A DNA stretch of 64,000 bases from Iphione sp. A-MEVVRFRX5 (taxonomy: Eukaryota): positions 76,942,001 through 77,006,000 of the forward strand of contig OZ320316.1 of assembly GCA_976226885.1 (NCBI GenBank), in the 5' to 3' direction. A program made the translations under genes and the position numbers. The notes beneath the pieces were generated by a model. The model saw only the letters and a program-made list of their open reading frames with translations. It was not told the origin of the DNA and did no database searches. Every line of letters begins with the position of its first letter. The first letter of the stretch is position 1. This document shows, in pieces, positions 13,801 to 25,800 of the stretch.

Positions 13801-16800
13801 TCTTCTCGAGCGCCACCATCACCTCTCGGTGCCCCGAGATGTCCTTCTGTAGGCCTTTGTGCTCGTCCACCTGATGAAGTACCGTGTCCATTACGCGGCT
13901 CGCCGGCTTCAGGTTGTTTAGCTGACGCTCCTTCTCCGTTAACCACCCGATGAACTTGTTCAGGTCATCGTGGAAGTTGTCGGCTTGGTTGACTGCTTCC
14001 TCAAGCTTGGCCTAACCACCGAGGACAGAAAGGAAGGTGTTACGGCAACTTTGAATTTAACTTGAAAAAACGGTAAGAAACTGTGACTTTATAAATACAT
14101 GCGATATGGCTATCTGGGAATTGCTAATAAAAGTGAATACATTGTAGATCCTTAGTCGCCACGTAGCGACGAAGGCAGGGACTAATTTAAAATCGATCGA
14201 CTTCTTTAACGGGAGATAATACAATTCTGAAGAACACCGGCAAAATAATACACTCCCGAATAAAATGTCATTTTAACGTCAGCAGAAATGTGATAATTTG
14301 ATGGCTTTCAATTATCTCAGTACAGTTAACATAGGAACGATGAAAAAGGCTAAAATTGAGGGCGCTAGACATGGCTTTACCTTCCTGTCGGCGGCTCGTG
14401 AGCGAATGTTGTCCCAGCGGGTCTGCAGATTGTGGCGGTTCTGGCGGAGGGTGTTGGCCGCCGTGCCGGAGCTCTTCTCCACCAGCGCAGCGCCATTCTC
14501 CAGCAGTGTATCAACGCGTGGTTCCAGAGTGCCCAGCTCGTTGTAAACCTCCTGAAATACAACCGAGAACGGCACAAATTAGAATACAACCAAGACAAAC
14601 ACATCCAGCCTCGAACAGCGGCACCCGGAATCAGAATATTTATAGGTCCTCGTACAAATGTACACGTACTGGCTTCTTTGAATGCTTGAAGGACTGCAGC
14701 TCACTTACCATGAAACGTTCCAGTTGTTCTTTGGCAGTTTCTGGTAAGCCGCCTACAGGTTTTGCCGTGATAAGCTGGCCATCAATCTCACTCAGACGGA
14801 CCAACATGTCTTGCATCTCGTCATGGAAAGATTTTGCCTGAAAAGAATAGAACAAGTCAGTTAAACGTAACGATCGCAACTCATGACGGACACTTAGAAT
14901 AGGTCGTATACGTCTGTATTCGAAGAGTATAAAGATCAAGTAGGACATGGAACAAACCAAAATATGTAGTAACTTGCTTGTGACTAGACAGAGCATAAAT
15001 GACATTTTTTATCGATTTGGATATTTTTGGACTTTGGATACACAGCTTACCTCGCGGAGTGAATCTTCAAGCTCAAGTTGCCGGTCTCGTGCGCGCCCCA
15101 GCACCGTCTCCCACAGCCGGCCGAGGTCGTCCAACTTTTGACGGGTCGACGTAGCCTCGGCGCCCGCCTCGCTGGAGATCACCTCCTTACCAGCATCATT
15201 CACAGAGTCCACGCTGGCCTGATGGGCGCCTATATCGTTCATCAGGATCTGGAACAGAACAAAACAGCGGTATGTTAGCATCAAACACCGATAAACCCCC
15301 TAAAGTGACAGAGGTGTACTTGAGTTATTTGTAAATACCAAAATGCTTAGGAAGTTAATGGAATGTATAAAAAATGGAAAACAGTACATGTATAAGCAAA
15401 ATACATTTTGGTTAAATGGTCAGAAATACGTGTATTAAACATACATGTATGTTCTCAGAAAACGCATTCAGCGCGAGTCAATGATCCCATCATTTTACTT
15501 GTAGAGCTACGATGTACAATATAAAAGATGAAGTTTACTACCTGGCATGCACAATAATCTCTTAATCAACTTACCCTGTGTTTGGCTAGCTCTATCTCGA
15601 TGATACGTGGGTCTCCGCGTACTGTTTGACCCTCTTCTAGGATGCGTTCCGTCCGCTCGAGCCATGAGAGCAACTCGTCAACAGCAGACTGGAACTGACC
15701 TAAGTTGAGCAGCGCACTCTGCAATTTGGTCTGCAATGAGAAATCATTCACACATAGAAGCGGGAAACTAGACCGCGATCGTTCTCCCTCGCCGTATCCA
15801 TGATTAAAGTACCTCTTAATTCTATGACTATAGGGGGGCTAATTAGTGTCTTAGTGTCATGACTTTTTTCCAGGGTATGCACACAGGTGTGTAACTGTGA
15901 TACAGTACAGGTGGCGCCACCATAGCCAGACCTACACAGACTCACTTTTGGTTCAGCAGTCACTGTGGTCAGATGTGAGTGTGTGTAGGTATGGCTATGG
16001 TGGTGCCACCTGTACTGTATCTCAGGTAGACACCTTGCGTCCAGTCCTGGTACTAAAGGCTGGATATCACGAGCTAAATCTAAATCATTATATTCTACTC
16101 GAGAACTATTATAACTGTTATAATTCAGAAAAAGGGAAGGATTAGATCCTAATATCCACATTATGTGTTACCTCAGGGAAATGTCTGAGGAACATTGAAT
16201 AAGCCAACGGCATGCAATTTTTTAATGTGAATAAAATCAGCCAAACCATCCTCTCAGAGAGAGACATTACTATGTATCTTTTGTCAGGCAAAATTCTCTC
16301 AATGCGTCAACTACCAGCATTGTCGAACTGACACTTATAAAAGGATCATGCAATGTAAATAACGAACGTTAAGAGAAATAAGCTCGCAATCTGCTTTCTC
16401 TTGGGACTTGAAGAAAAGAAACATCAAACGAAACGTTTAGTTTCAGGTCATGAACGACCTCAATATGAGAGGAACACAAAACAATTTCAGTAGTTGTACA
16501 ACAAAGAGGATTTACGAAATATACGAACTCCACCAGAGTTCAACCAAAAGAGGAAAACTGGAGGTAGTATATTAAAAACAAGGGGTTCCTGGCCAGTGAA
16601 CCGTTGTTTCAAACTGGCCTCTTCGCTCTAGGAGGGAGATACAACGCTCTCAGAGCACAGAGGCACACCATACTAAAGCAACACTATTCATTCTCTATGG
16701 GCTAAGAGGAAGGCATGGCCAGATGTAACAGTGGGCCTGAGGCCAGTGTAACGTGAAACAGGTTTAGGTGGGAGGCGCGTGGGCATTTGTAAGGGGCAGT

Positions 16801-19800
16801 CACTTACTAGCACCAGCTCCCCCTGCGCGGCAACAAGGCAAGCGTAAGGTACTCAATAAGTTGGTCCTTCCGTGACATACTACACATTATATAGAAGGCC
16901 TCCTTTTATATTTCACCGGTAGTCAGTATACAACAAGTATAGAAAACTGTTATTAAATGTTGTGTGAGCAAGACTGTGAAATAAAACATACGTTAAAATC
17001 CCCCTACGTTATATTATTGGATGTATTTTCAGCATAGATGAAAGTTTAATATTTTACTCAAAACATGTTTTCACTGACTATATCATTATGCGCTTGCAAC
17101 TGTTATGAAAGTACCTATTTCCTCTCGTATATCTCTTCCTAGAACTGAGCGGACGCATTAAAATTTCAAGCATTTAGCGAAAATACAACTTTCTTGAAAG
17201 AAATTATTTTCTGGGTAATAGAAATCAGAGCTACATGTACATTTTGCTATCCATAACCAATAATTATAAGGCAAATTTAAGAGCCACTGATATCCAGTGC
17301 ACCCATGCCAATCCTCTGCACTGGATGCCATAATGGGGACGAGGGCGGGGACGGGGCGGGCATGAGAAGTTGAGAGTACCTTGCGGTCGGAGATTCCGTC
17401 GATCAAGGCATCCCAACGCTTATTGACGTCACTCATCGGGTCCCGGATGGCCACTGCCTGGTCGGTGGGGCTGTCGCGGGTCAGGTCGTGCGCTTGCTGG
17501 TTAAGTGACTGTATGTCCAGGTGCTTAGGGTGCACCAGCTCTTTGAAGGCTTTGAGCTCATCGAGCTGAAGCTTCACCAGCTCCACGTCGGTACCGACCG
17601 GCCCCAACTCCGCCAGACGCTCCTCCATGCCCTGCAGCCAGACGAGGATTTTCTGCAGGAAGAGAAAAAAAGTGTCAGGTTAGAAGAGAAGGTAGTCACT
17701 TCTTTAATCTCTCAATTCTACCATACAAAAACCGACCCGATAAGACAAACAAAAGAGAAAGTTATTTTGACTTGACTTAAAAAGGCTGATCACCTGCTGG
17801 GCGAAGGAAGACAGATTGAAAAACCCACAAGATAAAATAAGAGCGATATCGATAGAAACACATTCTCGATTACTGTCAAGCAATATTAGTCATTTGAAGA
17901 CGGCTCTCATACTTACCATCAACTCTTCTTGGAAGCTGGTCGCTTTCCGCAGAGCATCGTCTAGCAGTTTCTGGCGGGCGGCCCAGTGTGACGTCACGTC
18001 ATGCCAGTTGGTATCCAGGTCGTCCACGTTCTTCTCCACCTCGGGCTTGTCGGGCTCACCAATCAATCCGATGAGCTCTTCGCCGGTCTCGTGCACTACG
18101 TCCATATCTGGTTGGGCCAACTCCATGTCTTCACGGAGAGCCTGCACATGACAAAGGCATGCGGTTTTTCACACTTCTCTTCAAAACGCACGTTAACTAC
18201 ATTTATAGTTCACGTGAACTATATCCACGATATGTAGCTGTACATATAGGTCCGTTAGTAGAAGATTTTGTTCAAAACTTATTTAGTGAAATAGATCTTG
18301 ACTTGGGTAATATGCCATGCACTGAGGGCTACCTGAGATACAGTCACGTGGTCTAAGCAAACCAGCACACAACTGATATTTTGAAATCAAACCATAAGGA
18401 AAGACTTTGAGAAATAAATGTACAAAGATAATTATCTGCTTGGTATTACTGAATGTATTAAACTGAAGGACGGTAATTTTTGTGTGCACAAACTACGCTT
18501 CCTACCTCAAGGGCATCCTGCTGTTCGCGGATGGTCTTGGGATCAAGCGCTGGTGGTTCAAGCGAGACAAGTGTGTCTTGCAAGTCTTTCAGCGTGGCAG
18601 CCAGGCCGTTCAGGTCATCCCAGAACTTCTCGGACACGCCCAATGTGTGCTCGAGGGCATTGTTGCGGAGCTCGGTGTCTGATTTGATCTTGTCGTAGAG
18701 CGATACGAGATCGTTCACCTTATCACGCAGCTCTGTCAGGGCAGACGAAAGACGGTAATTACAGATAGAATTAATCCTGAAAATGTGACTGTTTGACAAC
18801 TGTGGATGTTCTGCCGTTGTTGGTTATGCAAATCTTACATTCCTTGCAAGAAAAGTTATATCAGACTATGAGGATGGTTTCAACATTCACAGAATCAGTA
18901 AGTAACACTCGATTAAAAAAGTACCTGGATAGAGACAGAGAAGGGGAGAGAGGGGGCCAAGGGAGAGAGAGAGAGCGAGAGGGAGAAAGAAAAGGAGAGA
19001 GAGGGGGAGAAATAAGAAAGGGAAAGAGAAAGAGAGGGAGAAAGGGGGAAGTGAAAGACAGAGGGGGGGGGGGGAGAAGTTATGGTTAAGTATTATCACC
19101 TTTGGCGGCCTCGTCGTCCATGCCTGCTTGATTGAGCAGGTCCTCGGCGGTGTTGGCCACCGCTTCCAGGGCGGTCAGCCGCTTGTCAAGATCTTCAATG
19201 ATGGATATGTTGTCCTGGATCTGATCGCGCAGCTTGTCCGGATGTGCAGAGATTGGCTCTGCTTTCTCCACCTGCTCTGCCGTCGTTGTCAGTGTTTCTA
19301 GCATTCCTTCCAGCTTATCGGAGAACTGCACAATGGAAAGACACAACGACACAAGTTTGTGAAATACACTTCCTATGATTCAATAAACAACTTATAGGAT
19401 AAATCTTATGCAGTATAGACATTTATGTGCAAATTTTCTATAAAAAAGAGGATATTCCAGGTAAAGTGATGTGTGGCATCAAAAAATGTACAAGGATAGA
19501 CGAGGCCACGTTAGGTATGGTCGAAGTATAACCTATACTTTTTAAAAACAGACGTCCGTGCTGTTATGATAGATCCTGTATTATGCTTAAAACGTTAAGA
19601 ATCTGTTCTCTCGTGACACCGATGGGCTCAGTGCAAGCGTGAGATAGTCACCTCAGAGGTTTGCTGTAGCGCCTCGTCTAGGTTGTTGGAGTGCTCGCGG
19701 ATGCTGTTTCGGATGCGGTCGTAACGCTCGGTGTCGCCATCCATGAGCGCCTGCACCTGGTCTCCCTCCTCCTCTCCGACCAGCTTCAGTAGGGCATGCC

Positions 19801-22800
19801 CTGTCTTAGTTAGCCGGTCTACTAATGGTTTCTTGTCAGCAATAGACTGTTTCAGCAACTGGAATGATAACACGAATCTAAACTGACCACACATCACAAA
19901 AACAACTCTCTACATATTCACTTATAAGCAGATTCTAGCTATTTCAAGTGTTCTTCCATGTGGTCCTGGGATAGCATACGACCATCTCTTGCTGACAACT
20001 GAAAGATCATGTTTTTGTGTATATGGGACAGAATTCAGTGTATAGATGACATCTATGCCAAACTGAAGACTACACAGTGAATTTTCTAGTTATGATAAAG
20101 AGTCCGTCTTCTGATAAGTGACTTGTGTACACTCTTCCTCGAAGGAATCAGTGAGTCGCTCACCTTGATGGCGTCTTGCTGGTCCTTGATCTGCTCGGTG
20201 TTGAGGCCAGGCACCTCTTGGTGTCGCAAGACCTCCTCAATCTCGTTGAAACCCTGGATAAGGTCACTGTGAGTCTCGTGGAAGTGGGCCGCCAGGGGTG
20301 TGGCCTGCTCCAGCAAACTCAGGCGATCTGCACTCAGCTTGGTCACGGCGTCCGTTTGGGTGCGGAGTTCATCAAGCTTCTGTCGGATGACTGGGTCCTC
20401 GTCCGAGGAGGACTCGCGTCGCAGACGTTTGCTGGCAGACACCAAGTCGCGGGCACGGCTCTTCTGGCTTGTAATATCGTCATTGATTGTCTACATGCAC
20501 CAAACAAAAGATATTTAAAACGTTGTACATTTGTTAAACACATGTGGACTAAGTCTATTGCACAGTCGTACAATTCTTACATACAGTGATCTTAATCCGA
20601 CTGCCTAGTTTAACTGCTTTCGTGATCCTATGATTAGAGGAGAGGGGTATATAAAGTTTGCATAATCTTATCGTAAATATCAGTGCGGCGGGGGTACTGA
20701 ATAACAGAGATATTATTCAACTTCACAAATCAGTTACAACGACACATCACGCAGAACCAGATATCATCACAAAATGTCAAAAGTGAAACAGTACTGTAAA
20801 TGTATTTGATACACAGGTGGTGGAAGACAGCAACTTTTAACAGTTGCATTGGTTTTTTAAATCTTCTAAATGTCGACAGTATAGAGAGAGAAATAACAGG
20901 GTGTTTGTGATAATAATGTGTAGTGGTGGAGTCTCTAATCTAAGAGACGAGGAGGAGGGTGGTGGAGAAGACAGAGCACTGATGCTTGAGGCTAGCTCAC
21001 CGCCTCCTGGATATCCTCAGACTCGGGAGCGCACACCACGGCCTGTTCGCCGTTAGAAAAGGGCTAGTTAGTGTGTTCACATACACGACGAGGCTAATCA
21101 AGTCATTAATTTACGTTAAAAAATGCAGTCTTTTCAGACTTGGCAAGTTTAGTTACAGTCGACGCAAAACAGGGCGATAACGGACAGCACATTGTTAACG
21201 GAAGGTTGGGACAAAATCAACAGACATGCACGTACAGATAACCCGTGGACGCTTAACAATGCCAGCAGCCGATATATCACGTGTCCACTTTGACTGCGGT
21301 CCGTTTTTCACACTAACAGGATGAATATATTAGGACGTCTTCAAGCAGTCTTCCTAGGACACTGAACTAGGTTGAGAGTTTGGGTACATATTTAATGAAC
21401 ATAAGTTGTGTAGTGGAAATAAAAACGCAGTCATTTTTCTTTTCGCAGCAGTGCCTTGGTGTACACAAGCAGGTTATCTATTCGTATGGAATGGCTGAAA
21501 ATATCCAAAACTGACGTGTGGTTTATGTGGTGCGGTAAGCCCGTGTGTTACAGATTGGGAAAAACTCACCTTGTGATCACGCAGCTGCGCCCTCAGCATA
21601 TCAGGATTACTGCTGACTGGCTCTGACTCCTGGATAGTCTGTTCTGTTTCTCCAAACCATTCCAGTAAATCGTCGATATCGTGGATGAGCTGCAACGGCA
21701 ATAACAGAGTGCCATATAGGTAAGCTCCAAGAAAGGGAGAAAACAGCTACCGTGGCTAGATTTGAACGTTACATTTTAGACACAGAATACATGGATGGTT
21801 TTTTACCAGAGGAAATAATGAGGATGAGATTCGAGCGATATCATTTGGTAAAGGTACTGTATCGGCATGAAGACGAAATTTGCATTACACAATGCAAGTT
21901 TTCACGGGTTATTTTATTAAAAGTACAACAGGTGTTGAAATTTCTATTTTTACTTTACTTGCATTAACAATAATCTTGCAATTGTTAACGTTTGGTTGTT
22001 ATCCTACAACATGAAAAGGAAGGTGACTCATATGATGTTATAGACGAGAATTTAATAAGGAAACAGGAAATGATGACAGATCGAGGGGAATTTTGGAAAC
22101 AAACTTCGAACATTTCAAACAAACAAAGCTTTATTATTAACGTAAAAACAGACAACATTCAGTAAATCAGAAAACAAAATAAACATATTTCATATACCAA
22201 ATATGGTTTAATCACATATTCTTGTTAGGAGATGAATAGTTCACTGACTGGAGGCTACATCTAAAAAGAATGTAGAAACAAAGTTAAAAAAAAAACAAAA
22301 AACGTATGACGCCAAACGAGGTGTGGGCCCTGGTAAGTGTGATTTATCCACTTACAACGTCATACGTCTGATATGGAGCGGTCCAGAGACAGACCATTGT
22401 AAGCTGGCGTGGTGAAAGGACAAGTAATACCACAAACATTAGCCGCCAAAGGTTGGAAAGGCCAGAGAACGCAATTTGGTTTGTGTCTAATACACACATA
22501 TTCTACTTAATGACTCATCTATATTGGGAACAAAGTCTCACAAATCTACAGAGGGTTCATTCACTCTTAGGTTTATACTACAATCTACGCACTTACGCAG
22601 GAGGCTGGAGAGGGAAACATGATTAGGAAGAAGACTATGTCCTGATTGTCTAGAGATATAAAATAATCAACCTAACAAATGTACATTACAGACAGGCGAG
22701 AGTGTTTCTTTTTGCTTTGGTTCAACGCACTAAAACGAGTGAAAAACCTCCAATAAGACAAAATGTGATCATTTCTTTGCTGTAGATTGGAATATAAACC

Positions 22801-25800
22801 ACTAATGCCAGTCAAGAAGATTAAAGGCAAGGCAATAGGTGGACTACTAAATGGTAAAAAAATATTTGCGTCCGTCGGTGCTACTGCTCACCTCTACAGA
22901 TTTCTGTCGCTGAAGCATTATACGGTCAGCTCGCTTCTGCACCTGGTCGGAGAGATTGTCAAACTTTCGGCTGTCTTTGTTGACCAGATCGTCCAGTTTA
23001 CTGGCGCCCTCTCCAGGTGAGAGGTTTGACAGCAATGCCCCCTGAGATGACAGCTCTTCCAACAGGGGGCGGCACTGCTGAAGGTGCTCTTGCAGTTTCT
23101 GTATAAAAAAGAACAATGATTCAGAAACGAAAATGAGAGTATCGATACAATGTGTTTTCGTTTCTGCAGAGACATTCATCGCTATGACCTTAGCTATCCC
23201 ACAGTCTATTCATACTATGGTCCTATTACGCCACACATCCCTGTTTACGGATGTACAAATAAAGTTGTAATATTCACAATTCCACACTTTAGCTGAGTGA
23301 TGTAAGAAGAGAAACCTACCTCAACCTCCTTCTCTGCCTCGGGTCCTACTGGTTCCTTGCCCCTCAGCTCAGGCTCGATCTGCTGAACTAGCTCGTGGAA
23401 CTTCTCATGAGCGTCCCGCACCTTCTCGGCGAGAGGAAGTGCCTCTTTCAGCGCCTCCTGTCGGCCCTCTGCTTTGTCGAGCAACTCGCCATAGCGGTCC
23501 TTGAGCCACCCCAGTGTGTCATGTACTTTGGCCTGTTCCTCGCCCGCACTTTGATTTAGCAGCTCTTCTCCACTACGTACCACGTCATCCAGGTCGGCCT
23601 TGTGTTGCAATAGGTCTCTCCCTAATTGCTCCTGCTCCTCAGCCTGTTGGCGGATCTTGCCTGCTTCTGTCGCTGGCGGCTCAAGTGTACCCATCCGCTT
23701 CTCGGCCATGTCGACCCACTCCACGAAGGGCTCCACTTTGTCATGGAAGGCCTTCGCCAGGGAGAGTGTATTCTCGAGGGCCTCCTGGCGGTCCTCCGCG
23801 GCTTGTGTGAGCTGCTGCCACCGTCGGTTGAGATCGTCTAGCTGGGCGTCTACCTGCTGCCGTTCGGCGTCATCGGCCTGTTTACTCAGCTCGGAGCCAA
23901 TGTCTTGAACCGAGGTCATGCCTGGCTTGCGGTCGTCCAACATTCGCTGCAGGAACTGATGAGGGAAGGAGGCGAAAAGGTATCAGAGGACATGCAGCGA
24001 CAGTTGAGATCACAACTGTCATGTTGACTACAGAATATAAAAGACTGGTCTGACTAAAACATAGACGCAGCATATATACCGGTAACGGCACACGTCCTTG
24101 CATATCTACCTGAAACATACCCCTGGCTTAAGATACTGGAATCGTTCACCTGCGGATTGCACATTAGTTGTTAACATTATTGATTTGCGGCCCAAATGTC
24201 ACACATAACACAAGCACTTCAAACACTCACCTTCTGCTCCTGCATCTGTGCCTTGACCACCTTATAGTCGGACGACGGTGGCTTCTGGTTGGCTACCAGA
24301 TCTTCCGTCTCGGACAACCAGTCCAGCAGTGACGCCAGAGCATCTTTGAACTTGCCCGACTGGAGGAGTGCAGTGTCGAGCTTGCGATCGCGTGCGCGCA
24401 CCTTCTCCTGGGCAGCAGCGAAGCGATTACGTAGACCTTCAATGGCATCCTCTAGGACACCGGTGTTGACAGATGGAGCGGCCGACTGGATCAGACTCTG
24501 ACCGGCCTTGGTACACGCCTCCACGGCTCGCTGCACGGGCTCCACTTCCTCTTTACAGAACCGCTGTAAGAAGGACAGAGCAATAGTCATAGCACTCCTG
24601 TGACGTTCAAGCCCAAAGCATAGCGATTAGTTTGCTTGACGTAAGTAAAAATGACTGCAACAACTCGAAATAAGTGCAACTTCTACAAATGCAAACACGA
24701 AAAACCTTTAGCAAACTTCCATATAACTATTCTAGCAGTTTCTTCAACCTGTATCTGAACTGCCAGAGACAGAAATTACTTCGCCGAATAAAATATTCAG
24801 ATAAATACAATTACATATACATGTACTTCTGAAAAATAAGCATCGGTTTTGAAAAGACAACTCACGTAGGGGAAGCCCTGTCTTCATCACCAGATTATGC
24901 ATACATTCATCTTTTATATACACATGCACTTGAACTAATCCCTTACCTTGAAGTCTTCCTGCTGTTGCTGAATGACCTTCACCTCGCTGCCGACTGGCTT
25001 GTCGTCCGCCAGCGCGATGAGCAGATCGCCGACATTCCTCTCAGCTCGCTCCGCATCATCGTGGAAGTTACTGAGCTTCTCAGAGATGGCGGCGAGGTCA
25101 GCTTCACGCTCTTGCATTTTCTCCCATAACCTGTTCTGCTGCTTCCACAGCGTGTCTACCTATAAAGCATAACAAAATAAAAACATGTTATCGCTGGTGT
25201 GCGGTAATTATGTCCAGTGTGAACTTCAGGTTGAACGTATGATCTAAAAAAGTACATGTATCGGCAAAGACAGCTTGCGTTTCCCCACCAGAACACAACT
25301 GAAAAATCACTGATTCATGTCAATGTACTACTAACACGGGTTCCACGAACTTCCAGTGAAGTGTGACCTTGACTTTGTATAGGTGGAATGTATAGGGTTT
25401 ATTTTGCCGCTAAGATTCTTGTCACTTTTGCTAAAGTTGACAGGAGTAGGAGTCCACAAGTGGAAGGTAAGTCACAGTGCATTTACTCAGACACATACAG
25501 TGTAGTTCAAAAGTAAAACTTACGAGCACCTGATAGTAATTCAGAAGATCAGACATTATCATTCGTGTAATAAAGGGAAAATGACTCTTGAATGTCTCTG
25601 TGTGCATCATGAGTATATTATGTGCATGTGTTATATAGCTTGTTCCTCACCTGGTCTAAGGCTGGCTCGGCATCGGAGAGGTATCCATCCTCCTTCAACT
25701 GACGAGCCCTGTTCTCAAGCGATCCGATTTCTTCGATTTTGTCTTGTAATGAATTCTTGTATGACTGAAATGAAATGAAAGTTCATTTTAAGAATCAAAC

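Noticed and set aside
21808-21857. 50-nt AG..GT segment
   Set aside because: Frame-shifting, AT-rich; could only be a poison exon and has no further support
25444-25472. Plus-strand mini-exon signature (GACAG|...GAAG|GTAAGT) suggesting an antisense transcript
   Set aside because: Isolated, with no partner exons found; next to a TGACCTTGAC repeat motif
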